A DNA stretch of 39,819 nucleotides from an uncultured Candidatus Saccharibacteria bacterium (GTDB taxonomy: Bacteria; Patescibacteriota; Minisyncoccia; Phycocordibacterales; Phycocordibacteraceae). Below the pieces are notes generated by a model that saw only the letters and a list, made by a program, of their open reading frames with translations, had not been told where the DNA came from and searched no databases. The translations under genes were made by a program, and so were the position numbers. The number at the start of each line of letters is the position of its first letter. Positions within the stretch are counted from its first letter, which is position 1. Below are positions 18,824-27,576 of the stretch, piece after piece. Where the stretch lies: assembly GCA_964360855.1 (NCBI GenBank), contig CAYHXV010000004.1, positions 1-39,819 on the forward strand. Reading direction: 5' to 3'.

Positions 18824-19059
18824 GTGGGGATATCTCAGTTGATAACGTATGAAAAACTTCCGGAAGAACCTGGGGAAAAAGTGGGGAGAGGAGACCTCCT
18901 CTTGTGGACTACTTCCTATCAGTTTTTGCGTAGTCCCCAGGTGTAGTGCGGAGAAGGTGTTCTTTTCACCACGATGTACAATAGAGAAGAGGGTTTCTAG
19001 AGCCCACCCTATGAACCGTACGGGTTATCCACGCTATCAACACCCCTAATAAGAGTTGT
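18824..19059. promoter_or_regulatory. Probable replication origin (oriC)
   Basis: dnaA-dnaN spacer with DnaA-box-like 9-mers: TTATCCACG 19025-19033, CTATCAACA 19034-19042, TAGTCCCCA 18931-18939, TTTTCACCA 18963-18971, and minus-strand TTATCAACT 18837-18845, TTTTCCCCA 18871-18879, TAGTCCACA 18904-18912. Confidence 0.75.
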
Positions 19060-20160
19060 ATGGTCATTATTTTAGATAAAAAGGAGTTCGCAGAAGCAGT
19101 GCAGAGTGTTGCGCGGTTTGCTCAGAGAACATCAGCAAGCCTTCCTGTACTTTCAGGTATTGCAATCATTGCTGGAGACGATGGAATCAAACTACGGGCA
19201 ACGAATCTCGAGACCGGCATTGATCTCTCTCTTGCGGGCACCATAAAAGAGCCCGGGGTAGTGGCTCTTCCTGCAGCAGTACTTCGCGAAATAACCGCTT
19301 CTCTTTCAGGATCAGGCCCTCTCACCCTTGAACAATCTGGAAGCACGGTGTCTGTGCAGTCTGGAACAGGGAAGAGTACCCTCAAAACACTTCCGTACGA
19401 AGACTTTCCTGTGCTTCCGCTCCCTGAGTCTCCGAAGGTATCCTTCTCGCTTCCAGGAGCAGTTTTGCGCTCTCTCATTAGTGCTGTGGCAGGATACGCG
19501 TCCACCTCAACGGTACGTCCTGAACTTGCTTCAGTACTGTTAAAGGCAGAAGGGGGTACTCTTACTGCGGTTGCGACTGATTCATTTCGACTTGCTGAGA
19601 AGAAGATAACGCTTTCTGGCACTGTTCCGCCTTTTTCGCTTCTTATTCCTGCCAAGAATGCGCTTGATATTGTTCAATCCATTCCTGATACCGACATTGG
19701 AGTGTCTCTCGATGACCACCAGTGTGTCTTTACTTGGAAGGGTGGGTTAGTTACCACACGTCTCGTGGTGGCAAACTATCCGGACTACGCACAAATAATC
19801 CCTAAAGCGAGCGTTGCAGAAGCGGTGCTTCTCAAAAAAGACTTTGAAGCAGCACTGAAGCGTACTGCAGTCTTTTCAGACGCCTTTCAAAAGGTTCGTC
19901 TTAGTTTCCAAACTGCGGACAAGAAAATAACCTTAAGCTCCCAGAATTCTGATGTGGGAGATTCTTTGGAAAGTATTTCAGGAAACATTTCCGGAGAGTC
20001 GGTGGAGCTTTCCTTTAATCATCGGTATCTTGGAGCACCACTTTCTCTTATTACGGCTGAAAGTGTTACGCTTTCAGCGTCTGGAATTGGACGCGCCATG
20101 ATTATGCGCGGCACGGGAGACCCTTCATTCTTGTATTTGGTGATGCCGATGAACCAATAG
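19060..20160 (+). CDS. dnaN: DNA polymerase III beta clamp
   Basis: LPVLSGI, ATNLE, RPELASV, VATDSFRLA, YPDY, YLVMPM. Confidence 0.96.
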   Translation: MVIILDKKEFAEAVQSVARFAQRTSASLPVLSGIAIIAGDDGIKLRATNLETGIDLSLAGTIKEPGVVALPAAVLREITASLSGSGPLTLEQSGSTVSVQSGTGKSTLKTLPYEDFPVLPLPESPKVSFSLPGAVLRSLISAVAGYASTSTVRPELASVLLKAEGGTLTAVATDSFRLAEKKITLSGTVPPFSLLIPAKNALDIVQSIPDTDIGVSLDDHQCVFTWKGGLVTTRLVVANYPDYAQIIPKASVAEAVLLKKDFEAALKRTAVFSDAFQKVRLSFQTADKKITLSSQNSDVGDSLESISGNISGESVELSFNHRYLGAPLSLITAESVTLSASGIGRAMIMRGTGDPSFLYLVMPMNQ

Positions 20161-20162
20161 TG

Positions 20163-22319
20163 TTACAGCGTTGGTGTAGAAGTAGGAGTAGCCACGGGAG
20201 GGAGAGAACCAGCAAGCCATATTTGTATAGGATATTCCCAATGAGCGAATTGTGGATCACTATAGGGATTAAATGGGGGAGGTCCTTGGGGGTTATCTTT
20301 GTTTACCCAGTACAAAAGACTGTGCGCAGTTGTTGAACCATCCGGCAGTGTTATTTTTGATACACCACGAAGTGCTGCGTGTGCTGAATTCGGAATCGCC
20401 GGAGGATCATTAAAGTACTCCTTTGGCAGCTTATCGATAGCAACTTGCATGAACTCGTGCCACATTGGGGCCACGATATATCCCGCAATTTCCTTCACCA
20501 TAGGGGAGTTATCATTGTTTCCCGCCCATACCCCAACTGCGATACCGGGAGTGTACCCAACCGTCCATGCGTCTCTCGACTCGTTTGTGGTACCGGTTTT
20601 TGCGGCCACATCAAAGTCGGGGAAGTAGAAGGGGTTAACCGGAGGGTATTCTGGCTGCCGGGCTTGATTGTCTGAAAGCATTGCAGAGATTTGACGAGAA
20701 ACTCCCTGATCAATTGCCGAGGTTGGAGCAGGTACAAACTTTTCAAGCACCACCCCCTTGCGATCTCGTACCTCAAGAATACTTACCGTTGGGTTTCTCA
20801 CCCCATCGTTTGCAAACACTCCATAGGCACTGGTGAGTTCAAGCAGTTTTACTTCAGCAGCACCCAGTGCCAAAGAAAGACCGTATTGCTTGGTTTCTCC
20901 GAGGGTGGTGATACCTGCTGATTCTGCAAGGTCGAGTACATTGTCCATACCGGCCAGATAGAGTGCCTCCACCGCAGGAATGTTAATCGACTGAGCAATA
21001 GCCGTGGTGAAAGTCATAGGTCCTCGGAACTTGTTGTCATAATTAGAAGGTGCATAGCAGGGATACACATTGTTTGTGGTGTCTGATGCTGAGCACGCTG
21101 TCGAGAATTGCGTTGGTAGGTCAAAGACTATTGAGAGTGGTGTGTATCCTTTCTTAAGCGCTGCTGCGTACACGAATGGTTTGAAAGAGGAGCCCGGCTG
21201 ACGCTTGGCGAGTGTGATGTTGAAATTTCCATCAATGGCTGGATCAAAATAGTCGCGAGAGCCAACCATAGAGAGGATCTGTCCAGTCTTCGGGTCTATT
21301 GCTACTAGCGCTGCATTACTCGCATTGAATTTCTTTGCATTGGCGAGCGCGTACTTGTTTACAATTGTTTCTGCGTCACGCTGTAGATCCGCATCAAGTG
21401 TGGTAATAACACTGAGTCCTTGGGTAGCGACGTCCGAGCCATACTTAGTCTCAAGCATCTGTTCGACATAGAAAACGAAGTGCGGTGCAAGTACCGAATT
21501 GCTTTGCTGGCGACTGAAGATAACTTTCTCATTTTTGGCACTTGCGTACTCACCCTCGGTTATATAGTTGAGAGCGCGCATACGAGAGAGCACAATGTTC
21601 TTTCGTGCATCGAGTGCCGATCGGTTATTTCCATAAGGAGAGTAGTAGGTGGGGAGTTGTGGAATGGCAGCCAGATAAGCCGCCTCAGCAATACTTAAAT
21701 CAATTGCGGACTTGCCATAGAAGGAACGGCTCGCCACTTCAGCGCCATAGAGGGTCCCGCCATACGGGGTCACGTTGAAGTAGAACTCAAGAATTTGGTC
21801 CTTGGAATACTTCTGTTCGAGCTTTAGGGCCAGGATGAGTTCCTGTACCTTGCGGGTAATACTTTTTTGTCCTGTCAGGATAGTATTCTTCACCACCTGT
21901 TGGGTGATGGTAGAGCCTCCTTGAGCGAAAGAGCCTGAAGTGATGTCAGTGTAGATTGCGCGTGCGATGCCGCGTAAGGAAACACCGCCATGTGAATAGA
22001 ATCCAGAATCTTCAATAGCCAGCGTTGCTTTCTGCAAGTTCACCGATATTTCAGAAAGGGGCACCACATTGCGTCGTACATCGTGGTTCAGGTCATAGAG
22101 CACTGTTTTGCCCGTACGATCATAAATCTTGGTGGACTGCGCTACCTTGCGTGAATCAAAGTTGTTTAGATCCGGAATGGGGCGAAGGGCTACAAATAAG
22201 ACACCAATACCAGCTAGCACAAACACACATCCAATTAAAATGAAGAGCGTTCGCAGCAGCAGATTAGGACTCTCAATCTGAGACTTCAGGGTGTTCTTTT
22301 TCACCTTAGCGCGCGCCAT
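20163..22319 (-). CDS. Class A penicillin-binding protein (transglycosylase/transpeptidase)
   Basis: AIEDSGFYSHGG, GGSTITQQVVKN, RKVQE, RQPGSSFKPF (SxxK), SIN (SxN), KTGT. Confidence 0.95.
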   Translation of the reverse strand: MARAKVKKNTLKSQIESPNLLLRTLFILIGCVFVLAGIGVLFVALRPIPDLNNFDSRKVAQSTKIYDRTGKTVLYDLNHDVRRNVVPLSEISVNLQKATLAIEDSGFYSHGGVSLRGIARAIYTDITSGSFAQGGSTITQQVVKNTILTGQKSITRKVQELILALKLEQKYSKDQILEFYFNVTPYGGTLYGAEVASRSFYGKSAIDLSIAEAAYLAAIPQLPTYYSPYGNNRSALDARKNIVLSRMRALNYITEGEYASAKNEKVIFSRQQSNSVLAPHFVFYVEQMLETKYGSDVATQGLSVITTLDADLQRDAETIVNKYALANAKKFNASNAALVAIDPKTGQILSMVGSRDYFDPAIDGNFNITLAKRQPGSSFKPFVYAAALKKGYTPLSIVFDLPTQFSTACSASDTTNNVYPCYAPSNYDNKFRGPMTFTTAIAQSINIPAVEALYLAGMDNVLDLAESAGITTLGETKQYGLSLALGAAEVKLLELTSAYGVFANDGVRNPTVSILEVRDRKGVVLEKFVPAPTSAIDQGVSRQISAMLSDNQARQPEYPPVNPFYFPDFDVAAKTGTTNESRDAWTVGYTPGIAVGVWAGNNDNSPMVKEIAGYIVAPMWHEFMQVAIDKLPKEYFNDPPAIPNSAHAALRGVSKITLPDGSTTAHSLLYWVNKDNPQGPPPFNPYSDPQFAHWEYPIQIWLAGSLPPVATPTSTPTL

Positions 22320-22334
22320 AATGTAGGTAATGCT

Positions 22335-22371
22335 AACACAAAACCGACCTGTGTGAGGTCGGTTTTGTGTT
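22335..22371 (-). terminator. Intrinsic terminator (perfect 16-bp stem)
   Basis: AACACAAAACCGACCT-gtgtg-AGGTCGGTTTTGTGTT, 4 nt downstream of the stop of the small acidic ORF. Confidence 0.8.
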
Positions 22372-22375
22372 CGTG

Positions 22376-22504
22376 CTAGAAGGTGTCTTTCTCGTCTTCG
22401 TCGCCGTCGAGTCCGGCTGGGGGTGCGTCCTCTTCACCCTCCTCCTCTTCATCTTCGTCCTCCATTCCCCCAGCTGGCATTTCAAATTCGTCGTCGTGCA
22501 ACAT
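22376..22504 (-). CDS. 42-aa highly acidic microprotein
   Basis: MLHDDEFEMPAGGMEDEDEEEEGEEDAPPAGLDGDEDEKDTF; followed by a terminator, preceded by TTGCAA-17nt-CATTAT (22580-22552). Confidence 0.65.
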   Translation of the reverse strand: MLHDDEFEMPAGGMEDEDEEEEGEEDAPPAGLDGDEDEKDTF

Positions 22505-22585
22505 GTGCGTGTTATTAGCTATGAATACTCTCGAATATCGGGAGCAAGTCCATAATGTATAGAAGACGCCTACTTTGCAAGGGTA

Positions 22586-23074
22586 TTAGCGAGGCCTTGT
22601 GGACAGCGCTGCAATACCAAGAGCGATGGCATCAAACTCATCGTCCAGGCGTTTCTTTTCAGGTAAGGAAATGAGCTTGGGAACCATGGCCATAACTGCC
22701 TTCTTGTCTGCGTTTCCGTATCCAGTGACAGCAAGCTTCACCTGCTGGGGAGAGAACTCTAATACCGGAAGAGTATTGAGTCCGGCGCTTGCAAGCACGG
22801 CACCGCGTGCCTCAGCCACCCCAATACCCGTGGTTTGATTATTGGTGAAGAAGAGTGTTTCGAGGGCAAGGACAGTGGGGGAGTACGTAGTTATTGCATC
22901 CTGTACCGCTTGGAATACCGCAGCAAGGCGTGCTTCTTTGAGTCCTTTCGGAGGGAGTATGGTATTGCTCCAAACTAATTGTGGCTTGCTTGGGTCGCCC
23001 GTAACAACGGCCAAACCAAGTCGGTCATATCCGGGATCAACCGCCAATACTCTGCTACTCACGAGTGGTTTCAT
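22586..23074 (-). CDS. ruvC: Holliday junction resolvase RuvC
   Basis: VLAVDPG, ALETLFF, VAEARG, QVKLAVTGYGNADK, DDEFDAIA. Confidence 0.93.
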   Translation of the reverse strand: MKPLVSSRVLAVDPGYDRLGLAVVTGDPSKPQLVWSNTILPPKGLKEARLAAVFQAVQDAITTYSPTVLALETLFFTNNQTTGIGVAEARGAVLASAGLNTLPVLEFSPQQVKLAVTGYGNADKKAVMAMVPKLISLPEKKRLDDEFDAIALGIAALSTRPR

Positions 23075-23612
23075 AGCCGCGTGCATTGGTGAAGACCTGC
23101 TGCACGTCATCGTGTTCGTCAAAAAGGGTGAGGAGAGATACGAACGTTGTCTCGTCCTCTTCGGATAGTTCCATGAGTGGCTCGTTTGGAATGAGTACTC
23201 CTCCCCCTGATTTGGTGAATGCCCAGAGCGCGCTTCCGGGGGTGCCGAGCTCGTGTCCGTTCTTGGTTAAGAGATGCTTAATTTCTTGCGTGGTTCGATT
23301 GCGATTATCGGTGAGTGCGTCTACCACCACTGCTACTCCTCCGGGGCCGTACCACTCATATACTACTTGCTCTAAATCCCCAGCATCTTTGCTTGAGCCT
23401 TTTGTTATGGCTCTCTCAATACTATCTTTTGGCATGTTTACGCCTTTGGCGCGCTCAATAGCGCCAAGGAGTCCTGGTGCGGAGAGGTTGCCAGCAGCTT
23501 TCTTTGCTTCGAGAGTAATGAGGCGGGAGAAACGAGAGAAGGTGCGGCTTTTGGCTGCGTCTGTTGCGCCCTTTTGGCGTTTAATGGAAGACCATTTGCT
23601 GTGTCCGGACAT
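23055..23612 (-). CDS. yebC: YebC/PmpR family protein (short, 185 aa)
   Basis: MSGHSKWSSIKRQK, NMPKDSIERAI, YEWYGPGGVA, TDNRNRT, HDDVQQVFTN. Confidence 0.93.
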   Translation of the reverse strand: MSGHSKWSSIKRQKGATDAAKSRTFSRFSRLITLEAKKAAGNLSAPGLLGAIERAKGVNMPKDSIERAITKGSSKDAGDLEQVVYEWYGPGGVAVVVDALTDNRNRTTQEIKHLLTKNGHELGTPGSALWAFTKSGGGVLIPNEPLMELSEEDETTFVSLLTLFDEHDDVQQVFTNARGYETTRE

Positions 23613-23668
23613 GGGGGAAGTATAGCAAGAGGGACGGTTCGGTGAATAATACCTACTATTTTATTCGA

Positions 23669-24649
23669 TCATGCTTCCAAATATTCCCGTCCCTTCGCTG
23701 TTAACACTCGCCCCCGCTGACTTCGCTCCACAAACCCCAAACGCATTAGAAAGGGCTCATACACACTCTCCACCGTGTCCGGGTCTTCATGAAGCGCGCT
23801 TGCGAGCGCCCGAACCCCAGCTGGCCCTCCCTTAAAGGAATCCCGAAGGGTGGTGAGGTATCGACGGTCATCTTTGGTAAGTCCTAGCTCATCAATACCA
23901 AACAAGTCGCAGGCGGCGTCTGCTACGGTTCCTGAAAGAGGAAGCTCGTGCACCTCACTGTAATCACGAACACGCTTCAGGAGCGCATTAGCAACACGCG
24001 GTGTTGCGCGACTGCGACTTGCTACTCGCTCAATAACTTCGTCTGGGGCTTCAAGAGACAGCACGCTCGCTGAACGACGAATAATATTTCGCAGATCGTC
24101 CTCCGTATAGAAATCAAGCTGATACACTCCACCCCCAAAACGAGAACGCAGGGGAGCAGAGAGCTGTGCCATGCGGGTGGTTGCTCCCACAAGCGTGAAG
24201 GGAGGAAGGGCAAGTTCAACTGTGCGCGCTGAAGGGCCCTTCCCGAGTATCAAATCAAGGGAACCAGACTCAAGTGCTGGATACAGGAGCTCCTCTATCT
24301 TGTGCGAGAGCTGGTGTATTTCATCAATAAAGAGCACGGTGCCCGGCTCGAGGTTGGTGAGTATGGCAGCCAAGTCCCCGGCACGCTCAATTGCTACTCC
24401 GGAGGTTGTTTTGAGTGGGGCGTCCAGAGACGCCGCCACCAAGTGGGCAAGGGTGGTCTTGCCCACGCCGGGAGGGCCATAGAAAAGAAGGTGCTCCGGC
24501 ATACCACCGCGCTTCTTTGCAGCCTCAAGCACTATCTGTACATTCGCCTTAACGTGCCCCTGGCCTACATAGTCGTCCCAGAGAGAGGGGCGCAGAGCTG
24601 CGTCTAGAGACTGGTCTCGAATGGGGGAGTCTAGGGGGGTACTTGACAT
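23669..24649 (-). CDS. ruvB: Holliday junction branch migration helicase RuvB
   Basis: LRPSLWDDYVGQ, GPPGVGKTTLA, FIDEIH, GATTR, PLRSRFG, YEPFLMRLG..RGR. Confidence 0.95.
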   Translation of the reverse strand: MSSTPLDSPIRDQSLDAALRPSLWDDYVGQGHVKANVQIVLEAAKKRGGMPEHLLFYGPPGVGKTTLAHLVAASLDAPLKTTSGVAIERAGDLAAILTNLEPGTVLFIDEIHQLSHKIEELLYPALESGSLDLILGKGPSARTVELALPPFTLVGATTRMAQLSAPLRSRFGGGVYQLDFYTEDDLRNIIRRSASVLSLEAPDEVIERVASRSRATPRVANALLKRVRDYSEVHELPLSGTVADAACDLFGIDELGLTKDDRRYLTTLRDSFKGGPAGVRALASALHEDPDTVESVYEPFLMRLGFVERSQRGRVLTAKGREYLEA

Positions 24650-24929
24650 AAAAGTGGACTGTGCTAGCATTCTATCACACCGGCTCTTTCATTGGGGCCA
24701 ATTCTTTTTACATCCTGCATATAACCCTCTAGGCAAGGCTTGACGGCTTCGGAGCGTTTCCCCAAGGACCTTTTGGTACCCACCTTGTAGTGGGTGCGCT
24801 GAGAGTATCCCCAGGTGTCTCGTTCGCCTTTCGTTTACGAAAGGAGTGCCTGGAGGGTTGTGTGCGGGATGTTTCTGTACACTATAACGGTGAGTGCCAT
24901 GGTGGCGCTCACTAAACAAGGAGAGCATT

Positions 24930-25217
24930 ATGCTCGGTCTTACGGTTGCGGTTCCGTTGCCGCTCGTTCTTTTCTTAACTACACTCGCGCTCGCCAGTAT
25001 TGGCTTCGTGAGGACGAAAGACATGACTACCAGAATGTTCTGGTTGGTACTTGGATTTGCGGAGCTGTTGCTCGCACTCATCTGTTTCGTGGGGATTACC
25101 ACCCTTTTCTATCAGGACACCCTGATGGTTCAGTTCGTGGTGCCACTCACGTTTTCTTTCATTTCCTCATTGATCTTATTGGGCGGTGGACTCCTTTTGG
25201 TGAGGGGAAAACTGTAA
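24930..25217 (+). CDS. Small hypothetical membrane protein (3 TM)
   Basis: 95 aa, almost entirely hydrophobic; AAGGAG Shine-Dalgarno upstream of ATG 24930; followed by a hairpin. Confidence 0.6.
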   Translation: MLGLTVAVPLPLVLFLTTLALASIGFVRTKDMTTRMFWLVLGFAELLLALICFVGITTLFYQDTLMVQFVVPLTFSFISSLILLGGGLLLVRGKL

Positions 25218-25234
25218 CGCGAGTTCCACACCGG

Positions 25235-25268
25235 TGGCCCTCGATGTATGTACCCTCATCGAGGGCCA
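25235..25268. terminator. 12-bp hairpin between convergent genes
   Basis: TGGCCCTCGATG-N10-CATCGAGGGCCA; weak U-tract. Confidence 0.55.
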
Positions 25269-25275
25269 TTACTAT

Positions 25276-26949
25276 TTAGTCCCGCGGCAAATCCACCACC
25301 TTAAACACTTCCGTAAGTGAGGTCTCTCCACTAATTGCTTTCAGCACACCCTCCTGCGCCATGGTCAGGTAGCCTTGTCTGCGCACTGATTTTGCGATAT
25401 CCCCCTCGCTTGGATTGTCTCGCAAGAAGTTTCCTAACTCCTCGTCCATAAATATTGCTTCGTGTACCCCCACTCGCCCCTTGTATCCGGTCTCGTCTGG
25501 AGATTTTGGATCAGGTACCCAGACCATATCGAGAGAAGAGGGAAGGAGTGTCTTGTCTTCGAGAGTTGAAAGCACGCGCTCCATCAGTTTCTTTTCTTCG
25601 TCTGTGGCGGGTACTTGTTTTCGGGCACCAGGATCAAGCGTTCGCACCAGTCGCTGTGCCATTGCCACCGTTATAGCGGAAGCAAAGGTCTTAGGGTCGC
25701 TTCCTAGATCAACAAAGCGCGGGAAGGTTCCCGCAGCATTGTTGGTGTGGAGGGTCGAGAACACGAAGTGTCCCGTGAGGGCTGCCTGAAGCGCTACCTC
25801 AGCTACTTCTGCGTCTCTGATTTCTCCCACCATGATAACGTCCGGGTCCTGGCGAAGAACGGAACGAAGCCCTGAGGCGAAAGTATAGTCGGTACCATTC
25901 GTTTGGGTCTGCACAATGCCCGGGAGGTGATACTCCACCGGGTCCTCGATGGTCACAATCTTTATTTCAGGGGTGTGCAGGTGCCGCAAGAACGCATAGA
26001 GCGCCGTTGTTTTTCCGGAACCGGTTGGGCCCGTCACAATAAACATGCCATTGGGGCGGGTGATTTCCTTCTTGAGTCGCTCAAGGAGCTTCGGGTGAAT
26101 ACCCAAGTTCTCAAAATCAACTCCAAGAATTGAAGGGTCCAAGATGCGGAGCACAAAGGACTCACCAAACGCTCCGGGAATAACCGAGGTGCGTATTTCA
26201 ACTTCTCCCACAGCACCTGGTACTGAGAAGCGACCGTCCTGTGCTCGATTAGCAACGTTCAGTTTCAGTCCCGAAAGAAGCTTGATACGATTTGCTAGGA
26301 GTCGATAGGCGCGTGCATCAAAGGTGAACGCATCGGTGAGGATGCCGTCTAGTCGCAGACGGAGTCGTACTCCGGCCTCTTCGGGCTCTATGTGAATATC
26401 AGACGCGCGCAGAGACACGGCAGTGGCCATAATGTCTTCAAGTACTCGGGACACCTGTGCCTGGGTGCCATCCTTAAATGCCGCATCGAGTTTCGTGCGA
26501 AGGGCTGAAATAGAGGAGAGCTCACGAGAGAGCGCCACCAACTCATCACTTGATAAATCAAATACTCCTGCTCGCGTGGTGTGCGCGAGGGAGAGGTCCT
26601 GATAGCGCAGTTGTGCAGACTCAATACTCTTTCGAGAGACAAGGAAACGCTCCAAGATAAACCCCTGGGCTTCGAGTGCCTGCTCCACCGGCTTCAGTAG
26701 GGGGTTGCCTGGAGCATGAATGGCAAAAGAGAGGTGGTGCCCATGCTTATCAAATACTACCGCTTCTGCGGACCGAGACTCAGCTTCTGGTAAAAGACGA
26801 AGTGCATCCACGTTTATGGGCACCATAGTGAGATCGGTGTATGTATAGCGATACTTCTCGGCCAGCATTTGCGCCAGGTCCTCTTCTTCAGACTCGTGGA
26901 TATGATCCAGCTTCTGATCTTCGTTTTCAGTATCAAAATGAACGGACAT
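25276..26949 (-). CDS. pilB: Type IV pilus assembly ATPase PilB (GspE/PulE family)
   Basis: ASDIHIEP, QDGRF, VTGPTGSGKTTALY, TIEDPVEY, LRQDPDVIMVGEIRD, TGHFVFSTLHTN, GYKGRVG. Confidence 0.92.
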   Translation of the reverse strand: MSVHFDTENEDQKLDHIHESEEEDLAQMLAEKYRYTYTDLTMVPINVDALRLLPEAESRSAEAVVFDKHGHHLSFAIHAPGNPLLKPVEQALEAQGFILERFLVSRKSIESAQLRYQDLSLAHTTRAGVFDLSSDELVALSRELSSISALRTKLDAAFKDGTQAQVSRVLEDIMATAVSLRASDIHIEPEEAGVRLRLRLDGILTDAFTFDARAYRLLANRIKLLSGLKLNVANRAQDGRFSVPGAVGEVEIRTSVIPGAFGESFVLRILDPSILGVDFENLGIHPKLLERLKKEITRPNGMFIVTGPTGSGKTTALYAFLRHLHTPEIKIVTIEDPVEYHLPGIVQTQTNGTDYTFASGLRSVLRQDPDVIMVGEIRDAEVAEVALQAALTGHFVFSTLHTNNAAGTFPRFVDLGSDPKTFASAITVAMAQRLVRTLDPGARKQVPATDEEKKLMERVLSTLEDKTLLPSSLDMVWVPDPKSPDETGYKGRVGVHEAIFMDEELGNFLRDNPSEGDIAKSVRRQGYLTMAQEGVLKAISGETSLTEVFKVVDLPRD

Positions 26950-26992
26950 ATTATGAATAATAACACCTGAAACATGAGGTTCTTGGCGCCAC

Positions 26993-27022
26993 TTGACAAA
27001 TACACCTATTCAGGTGTATAAT
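26993..27022 (+). promoter_or_regulatory. Consensus sigma70 promoter with embedded palindromic operator
   Basis: TTGACA (26993-26998)-18nt-TATAAT (27017-27022); ATACACCT-attc-AGGTGTAT at 27000-27019. Confidence 0.8.
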
Positions 27023-27089
27023 ATATGCATATCTTGTTCCTTTCGTGACGAATAGTCAGTGAGGAGCTCAACCCCAAGAGGAGGACAGC

Positions 27090-27503
27090 ATGTCCATTAG
27101 TAAGGTATCGGTGGTCATGTTCGCCATGTTTGCGGCGGCATGCACCACAACCGGCAATTATGACCCCGCAACGGGTCAGTCAGTTGCTGTTGTTGAAAGC
27201 GGTTCCTGCCTCCCGGGGCAGAAGCAGGATGGAAAGTCCTGCATCTGTTCGCGAGAGCACGGCAACTACACCTACTGCTCCATGCGGGTTGTGGCCAAGT
27301 CGCCGCGGCCGCAGTACGAGGCCACGCAGTGCTTACTGCAGACCGCGGTGATGTACCAGGACTGCCTTCGGTATGGACCCGGCTCCGCCGCCGCACCCTA
27401 CCAAGTGCCCGGCTCGCCCTACTGGAGCACGCCGCCAGCTCGCGGCTACCGCTACCAGTGCAACCGGGACGGTTCTGGTTGCGGGTATATGCCCCGATAC
27501 TGA
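27090..27503 (+). CDS. Cys-rich putative lipoprotein, unknown function
   Basis: GAGGAGG SD; signal peptide ending FAAA-C18; 8 further Cys; own promoter and terminator. Confidence 0.75.
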   Translation: MSISKVSVVMFAMFAAACTTTGNYDPATGQSVAVVESGSCLPGQKQDGKSCICSREHGNYTYCSMRVVAKSPRPQYEATQCLLQTAVMYQDCLRYGPGSAAAPYQVPGSPYWSTPPARGYRYQCNRDGSGCGYMPRY

Positions 27504-27515
27504 CAACATCCCGCC

Positions 27516-27554
27516 GCGCGCCTGCCTCTCTTTGAGGTGGGCGCGTATCTTTTT
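27516..27554 (+). terminator. Intrinsic terminator
   Basis: GCGCGCCTGCCTC-tcttt-GAGGTGGGCGCGT (13-bp stem with G-U pairs) followed by ATCTTTTT. Confidence 0.7.
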
Positions 27555-27576
27555 ATACCCGTGTACAATTAGGCAC

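Noticed and set aside
18849-19049. 66-aa ORF between dnaA and dnaN
   Set aside because: Lies across the DnaA-box cluster; no recognisable protein features.
22367-22555. 62-aa hydrophobic plus-strand ORF
   Set aside because: Antisense shadow of the acidic microprotein; GAA/GAG/GAC codons read as hydrophobic residues on the other strand.
24689-25279. ORFs 24689-25102 (-) and 24815-25279 (+)
   Set aside because: Alternative frames over the SD-led 3-TM gene; composition not protein-like.
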